DNA of 12,085 nucleotides, taken from Octopus sinensis. Taxonomy: Eukaryota. Position 1 is the first letter of the stretch. Each line of letters opens with the position of its first letter. Shown here one piece after another: positions 9,486-12,085 of this stretch. The notes beneath the pieces were generated by a model. The model was not told where the DNA came from. It saw only the letters and a program-made list of their open reading frames with translations, and did no database searches. The position numbers and the translations under genes were made by a program. The stretch lies in NCBI RefSeq assembly GCF_006345805.1, contig NW_021826697.1:1-12085 (forward strand), written 5' to 3'.

Positions 9486-9691
9486 AATGACAATAAAATA
9501 CCTCAAATCACATTATACTAACTTACATATATGTGAAGACGGTTGTCAGACCTGACAGAAAATGCACCCAAATCTCCCTCAAATCGCTCTCAGCTGTCTT
9601 TTGTGCGTGTGCGCACGCGTGCATGTGTATACACTCTGATATCAAATAGTAAGAATGAGATATTAACACTGCATTGGTTGATAAGGGTTCC

Positions 9692-9861
9692 TTATTCGTG
9701 GTTTAACCAGGCTACCGTTAGTTTCATGTTAAGAGAGGTGTATTTCCTAAAAAGTTTCAAGCGTTTTGCTTGGGACGTCCCACGCAACAGACCTGATCAT
9801 TTTTGAGAGATATACTTCTCTTAACATGAAACCAATGGTAGCCTGGTTAACCCACGAATAA
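9692..9861. mobile_element. 170-bp loopless palindrome, probable MITE/foldback element
   Basis: Arms 9692-9776 and 9777-9861 align ungapped at 69/85 identity (47/52 in the outer part), centred on TGGGAC|GTCCCA; TA at both termini could be a target-site duplication. Confidence 0.75.
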
Positions 9862-9944
9862 AGTATGTATACATACATGATCGCACACATGCATTTACGT
9901 AAATCTATACACATGTAAGTGGGTATATATATATATATATGTTG

Positions 9945-10011
<67 letters not shown>

Positions 10012-10030
10012 CATACATACATTCTCCTAA

Positions 10031-10161
10031 GTTTCCGACGAAGAGCTCCGCTCGAAACGTTAAACCCTCCTTCTTCCCTTCTTTCCTGAGCGTCCAATAA
10101 TACTATACTTGTTCCACGTCCTCGCGTTGTTGTGTTTTCTCTTTGTGTTTTCATGTTTGGA
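10031..10161 (+). mobile_element. Short Penelope-type repeat (family P1) with hammerhead-like motif at 10031-10065
   Basis: GTTT-CCGACGA-A-GAGC-tcc-GCTC-GAAA-cg-TT-AAAC then ttcctgagcgtccaataatac...; inverted homolog at 11647-11766; flanked by TA/TG microsatellites. Confidence 0.65.
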
Positions 10162-10166
10162 TTTAC

Positions 10167-10212
<46 letters not shown>

Positions 10213-10213
<1 letters not shown>

Positions 10214-10269
10214 TGAACTCGTGATTGTATAGTTTTAAGTGACTTTCTTAACCACACAGCCACGCCTAC
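10213..10269 (-). mobile_element. Diverged SINE head fragment (family A-like)
   Basis: Minus strand gcgtaggcgtggctgtgtggttaagaaagtcactt...cgagttcac shares ggcgtggctgtgtggtta with 3660-3706. Confidence 0.6.
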
Positions 10270-10349
10270 GCTTGTTAATAACATTCCTATTTGATGTGAT
10301 GGTGATGAAGCTGCGTTTTTGTCAGCAGCAGATTATTTAGGTGGAGTTT

Positions 10350-10720
10350 ATAGCGATGACGGAAACGAAAGGGACAAAGTTTCACGTTCAAACTCGGAAA
10401 ACCATTTAACAAACTGGTTTATATGAACGATTTTCCGTCTCTCACGCTTCCTCTTAAGCCACTGTTTGCATTCTTTTCCTTCAGCTCACCTCTCAAGTCA
10501 ACTTACCCTCCTCTTCAGCCTCGCCCACCTCTTTAATATATTTTTATATGCATTTCCTTCTCCCACTCTGACACAGTTTTTCAAATATTGAGTAAGCAAA
10601 ACCTCTGAAGCCATCCTTTAATTTTCTCTCTTTTCTTCTTCATCTTCAAGAAGGATTCTGCCTGAAACGTTGGATATTTTGTTCTCTATGAAAAATTCAC
10701 TGTACTGTTCCTGTTTTCAC
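10350..10720 (+). mobile_element. Possible decayed Penelope-like element 3' end (GIY-YIG C-terminal remnant, pyrimidine-rich tail, degenerate hammerhead at 10642-10675)
   Basis: 10354-10398 reads R*RKRKGQSFTFKLG and, after a frameshift, 10413-10439 reads TGLYERFSV, resembling the 'RKxxExxxIFxLGT..PxGLNERFS' end of Penelope ORFs. Downstream: atcttcAAGA-AGG-attctg-CCT-GAAA-CGTT-ggat. Confidence 0.4.
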
Positions 10721-10724
10721 GCTT

Positions 10725-10802
10725 ATATATTTATATTGTATATATGAATGCATGTATGTATATGCATAATATATATGTATATGTGAGTGTGTGAGCGCAT
10801 AA

Positions 10803-10849
<47 letters not shown>

Positions 10850-10952
10850 TATATATATAAATACACATATATATATATACTTACATATATCTATATGTAT
10901 ATACGTATGTATATATATATAATGCATGTGTGTGCAGTGGTGTGTGTGTGTG
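10725..10952. repeat. (TA/TG)n microsatellite
   Basis: Directly visible. Confidence 0.9.
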
Positions 10953-11100
10953 TTCACGTGCGCGTAGTATACTGATATGCAAGTATACCCAACATTGCGT
11001 GAAACACGAGTAGAAAAAAAGTCTCAGTTTCTATCCTCCGCAGCATGTCTTGGAATCATATGTCTCATTTGTCTCACATAAATTAACCTATATGTATAGA

Positions 11101-11180
11101 ACACACACACACACACACCACACACACAACACACACACACACACACACACACAACACACATGTACGCACACGCGCACGCA
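11101..11180. repeat. (CA)n microsatellite
   Basis: Directly visible. Confidence 0.9.
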
Positions 11181-11646
11181 TATGGTAGAAGTTAACTTGA
11201 GGCGAATAAGACCCATTTTCTAAACGCAGTACTTTCATACAAATATTGCAAGTCCTATAAATTCCTGCGCGCGAATTTGTTTGGAGCTGATGATGTGCTG
11301 TGCAACACTGAATCCTACTTTCCGTTGCAATCAGTTCTAATCCCAGTGGCGCAACAGACGCTGGGACAACCAGAAACCGATCGCACTTCAGGTTTTCTTT
11401 AATATGAGTTTTCCTTCTCCTAAAAGGAAGTTCCGATGAGAACTAGAGCTTCTCCACTCCCAGTAGTTCAGATGCTAATTAAACCATTGCTGGGACCCTA
11501 ACAGGTGCTGCTACACGGGGTTCGAACAGACCTAGGAATATTAGTGGCTAAGAAGTGGATCCACTCCCCTCAAACCCTGGAACTCACGTACTACGTGATA
11601 CTGTTTAAAGTCATACTCAAAACAAGTATATATATATATATATATA

Positions 11647-11836
11647 TCCAAACAAGAAAGCACAAAAAAACACAACAACGCGAGGACGTGGAACAAATAT
11701 AGTATTATTGGACGCTCAGGAAAGAAGGAGGGTTTAACGTTTCGAGCGGAGCTCTTCGTCGGAAACATAAGACAAGGAAAGATCCAGAGAAGGGAAAACA
11801 GCAGGAAAAAAATCGCCAACGGCACACACGAGGTCA
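11647..11836 (-). mobile_element. Penelope-type repeat family P1, second copy, hammerhead-like motif at 11732-11766
   Basis: The 35-nt motif is identical to 10031-10065 on the opposite strand; the downstream ~85 nt is also homologous; sits between (TA)n and (CA)n. Confidence 0.65.
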
Positions 11837-11881
11837 CACACACACACACACACACACACACACCACATATATATATATATA

Positions 11882-12085
11882 GTTAGAATTTACAAGACGG
11901 GTGTGTACACAACAAACAGGTGTATTAGTTTAACGCCCGGGAAGTGTTAAACGGCGACCTTTGGGCTGCCTTTGTTTGGGGTTATTTCTGTGTTCCATTC
12001 TGTCGAAGAGCGTTGGCTCGAAACATAAACGACTTTCCCCCTTCCCGACCGTTAAACTAATACATTTGTCTGTTGTTTACACCCC
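11882..12085 (+). mobile_element. Penelope-type repeat family P2: partial minus copy (11898-11945) joined to a plus copy (~11971-12085, cut by window end) with hammerhead-like motif at ~11998-12029
   Basis: CTGTCGA-A-GAGC-gttg-GCTC-GAAA-ca-TA; 11898-11944 and 12041-12085 are inverted homologs and both match 3241-3290. Confidence 0.6.

Noticed and set aside
7860-9506. Many YI/YV/CV/HT-rich ORFs up to 230 aa
   Set aside because: Translations of dinucleotide microsatellites.
11287-11312. CTGATGA...CTGA as a C/D snoRNA or canonical hammerhead core
   Set aside because: Boxes are too close for a snoRNA; there is no GAAA after the weak stem and no stem I.
11341-11630. Small hairpins (11341-11366, 11584-11598) and a possible ancient repeat remnant
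   Set aside because: Stems are short enough to occur by chance; resemblance to an old repeat is only from memory and cannot be supported within the window.
1-12085. CRISPR array or prokaryotic operon
   Set aside because: No regularly spaced repeat-spacer structure; the sequence is clearly eukaryotic.

Overview
Eukaryotic, repeat-dense window. The SINE families and the heavy (TA)n/(CA)n load suggest an Octopus/coleoid cephalopod genome; this is recognition from memory, not a database result. Bases 1-2295 look like one large minus-strand exon encoding an almost entirely low-complexity protein (poly-G/H/Q/S/N/D/E). It has a splice acceptor at 2296-2297, an ATG at 2258 and an apparent frameshift at ~1037-1043, after which a second frame stays open to base 1. 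The rest is probably intron or upstream sequence. It holds a CR1/L2-type LINE 3' end, a deleted Tc1/mariner (DD37D/maT-like) relic, a 5'-inverted RTE-type LINE 3' end, at least three tRNA-derived SINE families (one nested, two copies head-to-head), a 170-bp loopless palindrome and several short Penelope-type repeats with minimal hammerhead-ribozyme-like motifs. The most notable signals are the variant hammerhead motifs, a LINE/SINE shared 3' stem-loop with compensatory changes, the hidden frame continuation and the twin-priming-style inversion.
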